Below are positions 22,818-32,179 of a stretch of 64,000 bases of DNA, in pieces. How positions within the stretch are numbered: position 1 is the first letter of the stretch; the number at the start of each line of letters is the position of its first letter. The stretch spans positions 12,967 to 76,966 of the forward strand of contig DATFFT010000111.1 of NCBI GenBank assembly GCA_035249905.1, written 5' to 3'. The stretch comes from Actinomycetota bacterium. Lineage in GTDB: Bacteria; Actinomycetota; UBA4738; HRBIN12. Made by a program: the position numbers and the translations under genes. The notes under the pieces are model-generated. The model was not told the DNA's origin and did no database searches. It saw only the letters and a program-made list of their open reading frames with translations.

Positions 22818-23944
22818 GGGCCGACCCCGATGAGGTCGCCGGCCCGGTCCGCCAACTCCTCGGCGACGGAGATCACGGCGGAGCGGGCGTCGTGGAGCGC
22901 GGCACGTTCTCCCACGCGTTCGACGAGCGAGACCACCGTCGCCCCGGGGGCCTCGACCGATGCACGCCCGCATACGATCGCGACCGGGACCCCGGCGAGC
23001 GAGCTCGCCTCGAGCACCCCCGCAGGGGTCTTCCCGTGCAGCGACTGCGCATCGAGCGATCCCTCCCCAGTGATCACGAGATCTGCTCGCGCGATGCGGC
23101 TCGGGAGCCCCAGGGCGTCCATCACGACCTCGACCCCCGGACGCAGGCGGGCGCCGCAGAACGCCAGCAACCCGAAACCCAGGCCGCCCGCGGCACCCGC
23201 ACCGGGCTCGTCGTCGAGGGCGACGCCCAGGTCGCGTTCCACGACCGCCGCGAGATGGGCAAGGGCGTGGTCCAGCAGCGAGACGTCGTCGTGCGAGGCT
23301 CCCTTCTGCGGGCCGTAGACCGCGCTCGCCCCGGCCGGTCCGGTGAGCGGATTGTCGACGTCGCACGCCCCCGACACCACGACGTGGGCGAGCCCCGGAT
23401 GCATCGCCGCCAGGTCGATGCGGGCGAGCCCGGTGAGGGCGGCGCCGCCGTCACCGATCGGTCGCTCGGCACCGTCGAGGAACCGGGCCCCGAGCGCGGC
23501 GGCCATGCCCGTGCCGCCGTCGTTCGTCGCGCTCCCCCCGATACAGACCACGAGCCGCTCGACACCGTCGTCGATCGCCGCCTCCATCAGCTCGCCGGTG
23601 CCCCGGGTCGTGGCGCGCAACGGATCCCGCCGCCCTTCGCCGAGCAGAGCGAGGCCGGAGGCCAGGGACATCTCCACCACCCCGACCCGCCCGTCGTGCG
23701 CCTCGGCGATGCCGAACGCGGCATCGACCGGGTCGCCCAGCGGCCCGCTGACCCGCCGGCGCTCGACCCTGCCCCCCAGGGCAGCCACCAGAGCGTCCAT
23801 CGTGCCTTCGCCGCCGTCGGCCATCGGCGCGAGATCGAGGTCGTCACTCGGGCGTGTCCGGCGCCACCCGGTCGCCACCGCGTCGGCGGCCTGGCGGGCG
23901 GACAGGGTGCCGCGGAACTTGTCCGGAGCGACCAGGACTCGCAT
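22814..23944 (-). CDS. glycerate kinase
   Basis: MRVLVAPDKFRGTLSA...MADGGEGT...IGGSATNDGGTGMAAALG are glycerate kinase family hallmarks. ATG 23944 chosen within track ORF 22814..24205. Confidence 0.9.
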   Translation of the reverse strand: MRVLVAPDKFRGTLSARQAADAVATGWRRTRPSDDLDLAPMADGGEGTMDALVAALGGRVERRRVSGPLGDPVDAAFGIAEAHDGRVGVVEMSLASGLALLGEGRRDPLRATTRGTGELMEAAIDDGVERLVVCIGGSATNDGGTGMAAALGARFLDGAERPIGDGGAALTGLARIDLAAMHPGLAHVVVSGACDVDNPLTGPAGASAVYGPQKGASHDDVSLLDHALAHLAAVVERDLGVALDDEPGAGAAGGLGFGLLAFCGARLRPGVEVVMDALGLPSRIARADLVITGEGSLDAQSLHGKTPAGVLEASSLAGVPVAIVCGRASVEAPGATVVSLVERVGERAALHDARSAVISVAEELADRAGDLIGVGP

Positions 23945-24044
23945 GGCGGGGACTGTACAATCCCGCCCGGCCGGCCCGACTCGAGCCGAGCCGATCGCCG
24001 GAAGCCCCCGTCCGGCGCTGGACCCGGCCCGAGGAGGAGCGTCG

Positions 24045-24875
24045 GTGAGCCTCGAACGCGAGGAGCTGCTGGGCATCGCGCACGCCGAGCGCCAGCGTCT
24101 CGGTCGCATGATCCAGTACGCGGACCCCGGCAGCTGGGAGCAGCCGAGCGCGGCCGAGGGCTGGTGGAACCGCGACGTGATCGCGCATCTCGCCGCCGGC
24201 GACACGATCGCGGCGCAGCTCGTCGCGGGAGAGGAGCCCAGCGAGCTCGTCGCCTGGCGCGCCGATCACCCCGACGTGCCCTTCGACATCGATGCCTTCA
24301 ACGCCTGGACGGTCGGCCGCCGATCTGGGCTCGAAACCCGTGAGGTGCTGACCCTGTGGGGCCAGGCGGCCGACTCCTTCCTCGCCCAGTGCGCATCGCT
24401 GTCTGACGAGGACTGGGCCTCGAAGCGATTCGACTACATCGCTGGGCCGATCGCCGCCCGCTACCTCGTGCAGACCCGCGTCGTGGAGTGGTGGATCCAC
24501 GGTGAGGACGTGAGGGCCACGAACGGACTCGAGCCGAACTACGAGCACTGGCCCGTCTTCCTCACGATCGATCTCTCGGTCCGCATGCTGCCGTGGTCGC
24601 TCGGGCGCGCCGGATACGAGCTCTCCGGGCTCACCGTGAGGGTCGACGCCGAGGGAGCCGGCGAGGGCTCGTGGCACTGGGGTCTCGGATCGGGAGAGAC
24701 CCCCTCGGCACGCAAGGCCCCCGACGCCACGATCGCCGGGCGGGCTCCCCAGCTCGCGCTCGTCGCGGGTCAACGCCTGAAGCCCGACGACGTGTTGAGC
24801 TCGGGGGCGGTGGTGCTCGGCGGCGATCGCCAGCTCGCCGACACGGTCCTACGGCATCTGCGCGCCTTCCCGTAG
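24045..24875 (+). CDS. mycothiol-dependent maleylpyruvate isomerase-like (DinB/MDMPI_N) protein
   Basis: GAGGAGGAG SD then GTG 24045. WNRDVIAHLA...FNAWTV...WIHGEDV fit the MDMPI N-terminal family with a C-terminal SCP2-like part. Confidence 0.75.
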   Translation: MSLEREELLGIAHAERQRLGRMIQYADPGSWEQPSAAEGWWNRDVIAHLAAGDTIAAQLVAGEEPSELVAWRADHPDVPFDIDAFNAWTVGRRSGLETREVLTLWGQAADSFLAQCASLSDEDWASKRFDYIAGPIAARYLVQTRVVEWWIHGEDVRATNGLEPNYEHWPVFLTIDLSVRMLPWSLGRAGYELSGLTVRVDAEGAGEGSWHWGLGSGETPSARKAPDATIAGRAPQLALVAGQRLKPDDVLSSGAVVLGGDRQLADTVLRHLRAFP

Positions 24876-24885
24876 ACGGGCGAGC

Positions 24886-25872
24886 TCAGCGTGTGACGAG
24901 GAGTCGCCGCACGCGCCGGGGCTGCGAGCCGAACCGGTACTTGTAGGCGTAATCCCCCTTCAGCAGGTCGAACCCGGTGCATCCTTCCTCGATCGCGAGC
25001 CGGATGTCCTCGGCCACCAGCACCATGCCGGGCGCGAGATCGCCCCACGAGCGATCGAACGCCGAGTTGTACAGCGACGACGTGCCGCCCCACACGAACC
25101 CGATCGTGCCGGCCGCCAGCTCCCCGCCCAGATCGATGAAGGTGAGCCGGAAGACCCCGTCGGCCAGGAACTCCTCGCCGAGTCGGCGGAAGAAGATCTC
25201 CATCCCCGGCACCATGAACACGCCCTTGGGCCCTTCCGACGTGCGGTGCAGCTCGAGGAACCGGTCGAGGAGGCCGATCAGCGTCTCGCCGTCGGCGGTC
25301 ACGACGCGGTACTCACCGGCTTCCACGGTGAGCTTGCGGGCCTTCCGCTTGATCTCGTGCCGCTGCTTCGACGACAGCCCTCGGAGGTACTCGTCCCACG
25401 ACCCTGGGAGCGGCAGGAACGGCGCGACGCCGTCGTCGTCCTCGATCGTGCCGAGCCCCTGAGCGCTCGCCGCGTCGCGGAGCAGGCCGAACCAGGGGCG
25501 GTCCTCGGGGAGCCCGCGCAGGTCGGCATCGCGCCAGTCGTCGCGGGTCAGCAGGGCCGACCAGAGCTCCTTGGCGATCGCATCCTGTCGCTCGGGAAGC
25601 CCCACCGGCCCCATGTAGTCGGTGACCTCGGTGCCGCCGAGGAAGCGGAGGGTCTCGCCGATACGCTCGAGGGCGCACGCGCCGACCTGGGTGCCGTCGT
25701 CCTCCTCGGCGAACGCGAGCAACAGATGGTCGGGCTGCTCGCCGAACTCCTCCCAGTAGAGCTTCAGGTACGCGGGGGTGTGGAAGAACGTCCCGGCAGG
25801 GTCGGCTTCCACCAGCTCGTGCCACCCACGCCGATGGAAGTCTCGACCGTCCTCGCTGAACACGATGCGCAT
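24886..25872 (-). CDS. GNAT-family acetyltransferase (CelD/BioF2-like, FemAB-related fold)
   Basis: 328 aa. FFHTPAYLKLYWEEFG..., SSKQRHEIKRKARKL and LYNSAFD...FDLLKGDYAYKYRFG are typical of the Acetyltransf_6 family. Confidence 0.8.
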   Translation of the reverse strand: MRIVFSEDGRDFHRRGWHELVEADPAGTFFHTPAYLKLYWEEFGEQPDHLLLAFAEEDDGTQVGACALERIGETLRFLGGTEVTDYMGPVGLPERQDAIAKELWSALLTRDDWRDADLRGLPEDRPWFGLLRDAASAQGLGTIEDDDGVAPFLPLPGSWDEYLRGLSSKQRHEIKRKARKLTVEAGEYRVVTADGETLIGLLDRFLELHRTSEGPKGVFMVPGMEIFFRRLGEEFLADGVFRLTFIDLGGELAAGTIGFVWGGTSSLYNSAFDRSWGDLAPGMVLVAEDIRLAIEEGCTGFDLLKGDYAYKYRFGSQPRRVRRLLVTR

Positions 25873-25918
25873 GTTCGGACCATGCTACGGAACCGCCGGG
25901 GTCGACCTCGTGTGCGCC

Positions 25919-27736
25919 TCACCAGCTGCCACCGCCGCCACCCCCGCCGCCGCCGCCCGAGAACCCTCCGCCCGAGAACCCGCTCGACCCGGAGCCCGAG
26001 GGGGTCGAGGCGATCGTGCCGCCGGTCGTGACCGCGAACCCGTCCATCGACCGGGCGAAGCTCGCGTACGCGAAGGGATGCGGCGAGACGTACCAGCTCG
26101 TGTCGGGCTCGATCCCGAGCGCCTCGAACGCCTTCGCCCACTTCTCGGTCGCCCCGAACACGACCGCGAACGGCAGGAAACGGGTGAACACCAGCTCCTT
26201 CTCGGCCCACCGCGCCATGTGGGTCTCGGCCGTCTCGATCACCGTGCGGAAGCCCCGCACGCGCCGGAGCATCGCAGTGCCTTTCGCCGTCCGGGCGGGC
26301 ATCCGCCCGGACGATGCCAGCAGCACGACGGCGCCGAGGATCAGCGGGATACCGAGCAGCCCCCAGTGGGTGAACGCGGCGAGCGCGACGGTCGCGCCGA
26401 CCGCGACGACGAGGGCCGACACCCCGAGCGCCACCCATCGGCTCCGCACCTTGTCGGGTCGCTCGCTGAACCACCTTCGCTCGACCGAATCGGCGTACAA
26501 CGACTCCAGCACGCCCTTCAGCCGCTCGGCGAACGTGTTCTTCAGCTCGGAGATCGTCACCTCGGTGCCGTCGCGGAACACGCCGTTGAGCAGTCGCCGC
26601 TCGTACGTGAGCAGGTCGTCCTCGGGCGCCTCGAGGCGGATCAGCCGCCAGTCCGCCTTCCCGAACCAGCCTTCCTTGGGAAGCTCCTCGATCCTCAGGT
26701 ACCCGCGCACGGCCAGGTCAACCAGTGTGGCCGAGACGTCGAGCACGTTGGCCTGCTCGTCGATCAGCGTCCCCATCTGGCCGGGACGCATGTCGTCGGG
26801 CGGCGCGAACTCGACCGGCGCCGAGGCTCCGGCCTCGCCGATGGGCACGGCTTGCTGCTCGCCGGTGGGGTTGCCCATGACCTGGTCGACCTGCGAACCG
26901 CGAAAGCGGCGGTCGCGTCCGCGACGCCACGCCATGGCGACGACACCCCCGACCGCCGCGAGGCCGAGCGCTGCGCTGACGCCGACCGTCGCCGGTGTCG
27001 CCTGGAACGCCCGTGCGAGGCTCCACCGCTCCTCGAGCACGGGCTCCGGACGGGGCACCGCACCCTTCGGCAGGCCGACGACGACGGTGACCCCGCTGAA
27101 CGGGCCGAGCCCCGATTGAACGAACCGTGCGCGGTTCCCCTGCGACGTCGCCCGCTGGCACGGCAGCGTCGAGCCCTCGTATCCCTGGAAGCACGCCACC
27201 TGCGTGATGCGGGCGGGCGCGCGCACCTGCACATCGGCGCGCCCGATCGGGGCCGACCACTCGGTGCCGATCGCGTTCCAATACAGCTCGACGTGATCGC
27301 GGAAGCCGTTGAGCGCGGCTTCCACACGGTACGTGAGCTCGTAGGTGTGACGGCCCGAGATCTCGATGTCGGGGTCACCGACCCGGATGCGGGTGATGCC
27401 GCCGTCCACGGATTCCTCCTGGTAGCCGGCCGGCGTATCCCCCGAAGCGCGCACTCGGACGACCTCGAGCGGGTAGATCCGATCGTAGGTGTCGTCGTAG
27501 CGAAGCCTCGTCGGAATGTCACGGAGGATGCCGTGCCGTTGGGCGGACCCGAAGTCGTATGCGATCGTCTCGACGATCGTGAGCGTCCCGTCCTCGCCGA
27601 TGTCGATCGCGACGTCGTAGTCCGCGATGCGCTCGGCCGACTGGGCCGCCGCCATCCCGGCACAGGCCAGCAGCATCGCGATCGAGATCGCGAGCAGGGC
27701 GAGCGCCCGTCCGGCGCCCGTTGAGGTGCGGATCAC
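25919..27736 (-). CDS. DUF2207 domain membrane protein
   Basis: 605 aa. Signal peptide, I(A)DYDVAIDIGEDGTLTIVETIAYDF start, central TM helices and a C-terminal Gly-rich tail GGGFSGGGGGGGGGGSW characteristic of DUF2207. Confidence 0.85.
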   Translation of the reverse strand: MIRTSTGAGRALALLAISIAMLLACAGMAAAQSAERIADYDVAIDIGEDGTLTIVETIAYDFGSAQRHGILRDIPTRLRYDDTYDRIYPLEVVRVRASGDTPAGYQEESVDGGITRIRVGDPDIEISGRHTYELTYRVEAALNGFRDHVELYWNAIGTEWSAPIGRADVQVRAPARITQVACFQGYEGSTLPCQRATSQGNRARFVQSGLGPFSGVTVVVGLPKGAVPRPEPVLEERWSLARAFQATPATVGVSAALGLAAVGGVVAMAWRRGRDRRFRGSQVDQVMGNPTGEQQAVPIGEAGASAPVEFAPPDDMRPGQMGTLIDEQANVLDVSATLVDLAVRGYLRIEELPKEGWFGKADWRLIRLEAPEDDLLTYERRLLNGVFRDGTEVTISELKNTFAERLKGVLESLYADSVERRWFSERPDKVRSRWVALGVSALVVAVGATVALAAFTHWGLLGIPLILGAVVLLASSGRMPARTAKGTAMLRRVRGFRTVIETAETHMARWAEKELVFTRFLPFAVVFGATEKWAKAFEALGIEPDTSWYVSPHPFAYASFARSMDGFAVTTGGTIASTPSGSGSSGFSGGGFSGGGGGGGGGGSW

Positions 27737-27746
27737 GCCGCGAAGC

Positions 27747-28202
27747 TTAGACGGTGTGCGACCGGGCGCCGTCGGCGGTACCGGACCCGGCGAGCGCGTC
27801 CTGCAGCACGTCCCAGGCGAGCACCGCGCACTTGATGCGGATCGGGTACTGGACCACTCCCTTGAGCGCCACCAGATCCCCGAACGACTCCTCGTCGGGC
27901 TCGACCTCGCCGGCCATCATGCCGCGGAACGACGCCGCCAGGGCGATGGAATCCTCCACGCTCGAGCCCGTGACCGCCTCGGTCATCATCGACGCGCTCG
28001 ACTGGCTGATCGAACACCCGGCACCCTGGAACGTGACCTCGGCGACGGTGTCGCCCTCGACGTGGGCGAACACCGTGATCTCGTCGCCGCACAACGGGTT
28101 GTTGGCGTGGCACCGGAGCTCGGCTCCCACCAGCTCCCGCTTGTTCCGCGGGTTCTTGTAGTGGTCGAGGATGACTTCCTTGTAGATGTCGTCGAGCGCC
28201 AC
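27747..28202 (-). CDS. sufU: SUF-system Fe-S cluster assembly scaffold, NifU-like
   Basis: YKNPRN...NPLCGDEITV...GAGCSISQSSASMM...IKCAVLAW. Confidence 0.9.
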   Translation of the reverse strand: MALDDIYKEVILDHYKNPRNKRELVGAELRCHANNPLCGDEITVFAHVEGDTVAEVTFQGAGCSISQSSASMMTEAVTGSSVEDSIALAASFRGMMAGEVEPDEESFGDLVALKGVVQYPIRIKCAVLAWDVLQDALAGSGTADGARSHTV

Positions 28203-28232
28203 GGATCCCTCTCTCGCCTGCGGTGGAATCGG

Positions 28233-29489
28233 TCAGCCGAAGATGTTCCCTGCCCGGTCGAGCGCCGAGATCATCGCGTCGACCTCTTCTTTGGTGTTGT
28301 AGACGTAGAACGACGCTCTGGCGGTGGCCGGTACCCCGTACCGTCGCATCACGAGCTGGGCGCAATGATGGCCCGCCCGGATCGCGACGCCCTCCTCGTT
28401 GAGAACGGTGGCCAGGTCGTGCGGATGCACGTCTCGGTACCAGAAGCTCACGGCCCCGCCACGGATGCTCGCGTCCTTCGGCCCGTACACGGTGGCGCCC
28501 GCCTCGAGCAAGCGGTCGATCGCATACCGCGTGATGTCTTCCTCGTGGGCCCGCACGTTCTGCATGCCGAGGGTTTCGAGGTAGTCGATCGCTGCCGCGA
28601 GCCCGACCTGCTGCGCGACCGGCATCGTGCCGGCCTCGAACTTGAACGGCGCCGACTTGTAGGTGCTGTGATCGTGGAAGACCTCGTGGATCATCTCGCC
28701 GCCGCCGAGCATCGGCTCCATCGACTCGAGGACCTCACGCTTGCCGTAGAGCCCGCCGCTCGCGGTCGGACCGAGCATCTTGTGGCCGGTGAACCCGAGC
28801 AGGTCGACGTCGAGCGCCTGCACGTCGATCGGTGAGTGCGGCGCGAGCTGGGCCGCGTCGACCGCGATCACCGCGCCCACGGCATGGGCCGCGTCGGCGA
28901 GCTGTCGCACGGGCGTGATCGTGCCCAACGCGTTCGACATGCCGGTCACGCTCACGATCTTCGTGCGCTCGGTCAGCAGCGAGCCGAGCTGCGACAGGTC
29001 GAGCAGCCCGTCGTCGGTGAGTGGGATGTAGCGCAACGCGGCCCCGGTCACGGCCGCGGTCATCTGCCACGGCACGATGTTCGAGTGGTGCTCCATCTCG
29101 GTGATCAGGATCTCGTCGCCCTCGCGCAGGTGGGTTCGGCCCCAGCCCTGCGCCACCAGGTTCATCGACTCCGTGACCCCCCTCGTGAACGCGATGCACT
29201 CGGGCTCGGGCGCGCCGAGGAAGCGAGCCACCGCCGCTCGCGCCCCCTCGTAGGCCTGCGTCGCCTCCTCGCCGAGCATGTGGATGCCTCGGTGCGCGTT
29301 CGCGTTGTGATGCCTCGTGAACTCGGCCACGGCCTCGATCACCTGGTTCGGCTTCTGCGAGGTGGCGGCGCTGTCGAGGTAGACGAGCGGGTGCTCGCCC
29401 ACGGTGCGCTCCAGGACCGGGAAGTCGCGCCGGACCGCGCCCACGTCGAGCCCGGCCTCATGGTGCGTGGTCTCGACGTCTCCGCTCAT
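28233..29489 (-). CDS. sufS: cysteine desulfurase SufS
   Basis: 418 aa. FTGHKMLGPT (PLP-Lys) and the RAGHHCAQ catalytic Cys loop. Confidence 0.95.
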   Translation of the reverse strand: MSGDVETTHHEAGLDVGAVRRDFPVLERTVGEHPLVYLDSAATSQKPNQVIEAVAEFTRHHNANAHRGIHMLGEEATQAYEGARAAVARFLGAPEPECIAFTRGVTESMNLVAQGWGRTHLREGDEILITEMEHHSNIVPWQMTAAVTGAALRYIPLTDDGLLDLSQLGSLLTERTKIVSVTGMSNALGTITPVRQLADAAHAVGAVIAVDAAQLAPHSPIDVQALDVDLLGFTGHKMLGPTASGGLYGKREVLESMEPMLGGGEMIHEVFHDHSTYKSAPFKFEAGTMPVAQQVGLAAAIDYLETLGMQNVRAHEEDITRYAIDRLLEAGATVYGPKDASIRGGAVSFWYRDVHPHDLATVLNEEGVAIRAGHHCAQLVMRRYGVPATARASFYVYNTKEEVDAMISALDRAGNIFG

Positions 29490-29528
29490 GTCCAGCTCCT
29501 CCGTGACCCCTCGCGAACTGGGCCTTCG

Positions 29529-30335
29529 CTACCCCACCTCGGCGGTCGCTTCGGCCTCGAGGCCGAGCTCGGCGCGGACGCCCTCGTAGCCCTTCTCCTC
29601 CAGCTCGTGTGCGAGCTCGGCCCCGCCAGACTTCACGATACGCCCGCGCATCATCACGTGAACACGGTCGGGGGTGATGTAGTTGAGCATGCGCTGGTAG
29701 TGCGTGATCAACAGCACGCCCAGGCCGGGACCCACGAGCTCGTTCACACCCTGCGCCACGAGCTTCAACGAGTCGATGTCCAGCCCGGAATCGGTCTCGT
29801 CGAGGATCGCGATCTGCGGTTGCAGCACCGCCAGCTGCAGCACCTCGTTCCGCTTCTTCTCCCCGCCGGAGAACCCCTGGTTCACGTAGCGGTTCACCAT
29901 GGCGTCCTCGATGCCGAGCCGGTCCATCTGTTCCTTCATGTGCTTGCGGAAGGCGAGGGCGCTCACCTCCCCGCCTTTGACCGCCTGGTACGCGGTCCGC
30001 AGGAAGTTCACGACGCTGACTCCGGGCACCTCGGTCGGGTACTGCATCGCGAGGAACAGCCCGCGTTTGGCGCGCTCGTCGGGGGTGAGCGCGGTGATGT
30101 CCTCACCGTTGAACGCCACGCTGCCATCGGTGATCACGTATCCCGGCCGGCCCATGATCACGTTGCTGAGCGTGGACTTGCCCGAGCCGTTCGGGCCCAT
30201 CAGGGCATGGGTCTCTCCTTGTCGCACGATCAGGTCGATGCCGTTGAGGATCTGCTTGCCCTCGACCGTCGCGTGCAGCCCGCGGACCTCGAGGGTTGCC
30301 GCGATGCCTCCGTTGTCGTTCGCGATGTCACTCAT
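29529..30335 (-). CDS. sufC: Fe-S cluster assembly ATPase SufC
   Basis: Walker A GPNGSGKST, signature FSGGEKKR, Walker B ILDETDSGLD. Confidence 0.97.
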   Translation of the reverse strand: MSDIANDNGGIAATLEVRGLHATVEGKQILNGIDLIVRQGETHALMGPNGSGKSTLSNVIMGRPGYVITDGSVAFNGEDITALTPDERAKRGLFLAMQYPTEVPGVSVVNFLRTAYQAVKGGEVSALAFRKHMKEQMDRLGIEDAMVNRYVNQGFSGGEKKRNEVLQLAVLQPQIAILDETDSGLDIDSLKLVAQGVNELVGPGLGVLLITHYQRMLNYITPDRVHVMMRGRIVKSGGAELAHELEEKGYEGVRAELGLEAEATAEVG

Positions 30336-30342
30336 CGTCGTC

Positions 30343-30657
30343 TCACACCTCGATCAGGATGTCGTCTCCGTCGGTCGTGACCGGGAACACGTCGACCGGC
30401 TGCGTCGCCGGCAACGTGCGCGGGTTCCCCGAGTTGAGGTCGAACGTCGAGCCGTGCTTCGGGCACTCGATCGTCTCGAAGTCCACGTCGACCTCTCCCT
30501 CGTCCAGGTAGTACTTCTCGTGACTGCAGATCGCGTCGAGGGCCCGGAAGCCCTCCTCACCCAGGTTCACCACGGCGATCTCGCGGCCGTCGAGATGGAA
30601 GCGGCGGGCCTCGCCGGCCGGCACGTCCTTGGTCTCGCACACACGCACCGCGGTCAT
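30343..30657 (-). CDS. Rieske [2Fe-2S] ferredoxin-like protein embedded in the suf operon
   Basis: 104 aa. CSHEKY...CPKHGSTF Rieske ligands. ATG 30657 overlaps the sufD stop (ATGA). Confidence 0.85.
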   Translation of the reverse strand: MTAVRVCETKDVPAGEARRFHLDGREIAVVNLGEEGFRALDAICSHEKYYLDEGEVDVDFETIECPKHGSTFDLNSGNPRTLPATQPVDVFPVTTDGDDILIEV

Positions 30658-31976
30658 CGGATGCCCTCGCTGAGCTCGTCGGCGATCGCCGACTCGGCGC
30701 CCTCGCGCACCTCGTCGATCTGCACGCGGTCGAGCACCTCCTGGAAGAACCCGGTCACGATCAGCCGCTCGGCCTCGTCGCGAGGGATGCCGCGCGACTC
30801 GAGGTAGAACAGCGCCTCGTCCTCGACCGGTCCCACGCTCGCGGCGTGCCCGCACCGAACGTCGTTGGCCTCGATCTCGAGGTTGGGGATCGCGTCGGCC
30901 TTCGCGTGCTCGCTGAGCACGATGTTGCGGCTCGTCTGCATCGCGTCGGTCTTCTGCGCCCCCGGACGCACGTAGACCCATCCCGAGTAGACGGCGCGGC
31001 TGCGGTCGCGCAACGCCCCCTTGTACAGCAGGTCGCTCGTGCAGCTCGGGGCGACGTGCTCCTGGCTGGAGCGGTGATCGAAGTGCTGCTCCCCGTCGGC
31101 GAAGAAGACGCCGAGCTGTTCGCTGAACCCCCCCGGCTCGGCGAGCTCGACCTCGGTCTCGGTGCGTGCGAGGTCGGCGCCGAAACCGAGGCTCAGGGTG
31201 CGGAAGTCGGCATCGCGCCCCGTGCGTGCACGCTGGATCGCGAGATGCGTCATGCCCGCCCCCCAGTCCTGGATCGCGGCGTAACGGACGTGTGCACCGT
31301 CGCCCACGTGGATCTCGGTGATCGCATCGCTGAACGCGCGCGTGAGGTCGGGCGAGGCGTAGCGCTCGATGAACGTCACCTCGGCACCGCGCTCGACGAC
31401 GATCAACGTGTGCGGGAAGACGGCCGCGCCGTCGACGTCGACATAGGTCAGGGTCTGCAGCGGCAGGTCGACCTTCGTATCGCGCGGCACGTACATGAAC
31501 GTGCCGCCGGTGCGGAACGCCGCGTGCAGCGCCGTGAACCGCGTGCGCTCGGTGGGCACGAGGGCGTGGAGATATCGCTCGACGAGGTCGGTGTGCTCGG
31601 CCGCGGCGGCGTCCAGATCGGTGAAGATCACGCCCTTGGCGGCGAGCCCAGGATCGAGGTGCGAGACCATGACGTCGGAGTCGTGTTGGATCTGCAGGCC
31701 GGCACGATCGCCGATGTCGCCTGCGGCGTTGAGGATCTCCCCCGGCACGCCGTCGAGGTCCTCGGCTCGGCCGCCGGCCGTGTACGGCGCGAACGTCAGG
31801 TCGAACCCGGACAGGTCCGTGTAGCGCCACTCCTCGGTCTCCTGCGACGGCATCGGGAGGGCGCGGAACTCCTCGAACGCCCTCGTGCGCAAGGCACCTG
31901 TGAACCCGGAGCGTTCAGGGAGGCTCGCGAGCGCTCGCTCGTCGAACGTGGTCGTGGCGCTTGTGTCGGTGGTCAC
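30654..31976 (-). CDS. sufD: Fe-S cluster assembly protein SufD
   Basis: 440 aa. WRYTDL N-terminal motif and a C-terminal SufBD beta-helix region (NLEIEANDVRCGHAASVG). Confidence 0.9.
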   Translation of the reverse strand: MTTDTSATTTFDERALASLPERSGFTGALRTRAFEEFRALPMPSQETEEWRYTDLSGFDLTFAPYTAGGRAEDLDGVPGEILNAAGDIGDRAGLQIQHDSDVMVSHLDPGLAAKGVIFTDLDAAAAEHTDLVERYLHALVPTERTRFTALHAAFRTGGTFMYVPRDTKVDLPLQTLTYVDVDGAAVFPHTLIVVERGAEVTFIERYASPDLTRAFSDAITEIHVGDGAHVRYAAIQDWGAGMTHLAIQRARTGRDADFRTLSLGFGADLARTETEVELAEPGGFSEQLGVFFADGEQHFDHRSSQEHVAPSCTSDLLYKGALRDRSRAVYSGWVYVRPGAQKTDAMQTSRNIVLSEHAKADAIPNLEIEANDVRCGHAASVGPVEDEALFYLESRGIPRDEAERLIVTGFFQEVLDRVQIDEVREGAESAIADELSEGIR

Positions 31977-32179
31977 GGTGAAATGCTACCTGTGGGGTCG
32001 GATTCGCCCAACCCGCCGTTGCGCTGGAAGCATCCCGGGCGGTCCCGCTCCGCGCGACGTCAACCGGTTCCCATCGGATCTCGTCGGGTCGAAGACCGTC
32101 GACCCCGTCGCGGAGCAAGCGGGTCCGCGCCGTCGAGCTCCGCGGCCAAGAGCTCGACGCGGGCCCGCATCTCGCCTCG

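Noticed and set aside
25919-25990. GCC/ACC-rich low-complexity stretch
   Set aside because: It encodes the Gly-rich C-terminal tail typical of DUF2207 proteins on the minus strand.
31990-32020. tRNA-like T-arm (GGGUUGG-GCGAAU-CCGACCC) in the sufB-sufD spacer
   Set aside because: The loop is 6 nt without the UUC motif. There is no acceptor stem, CCA context or other tRNA arms.
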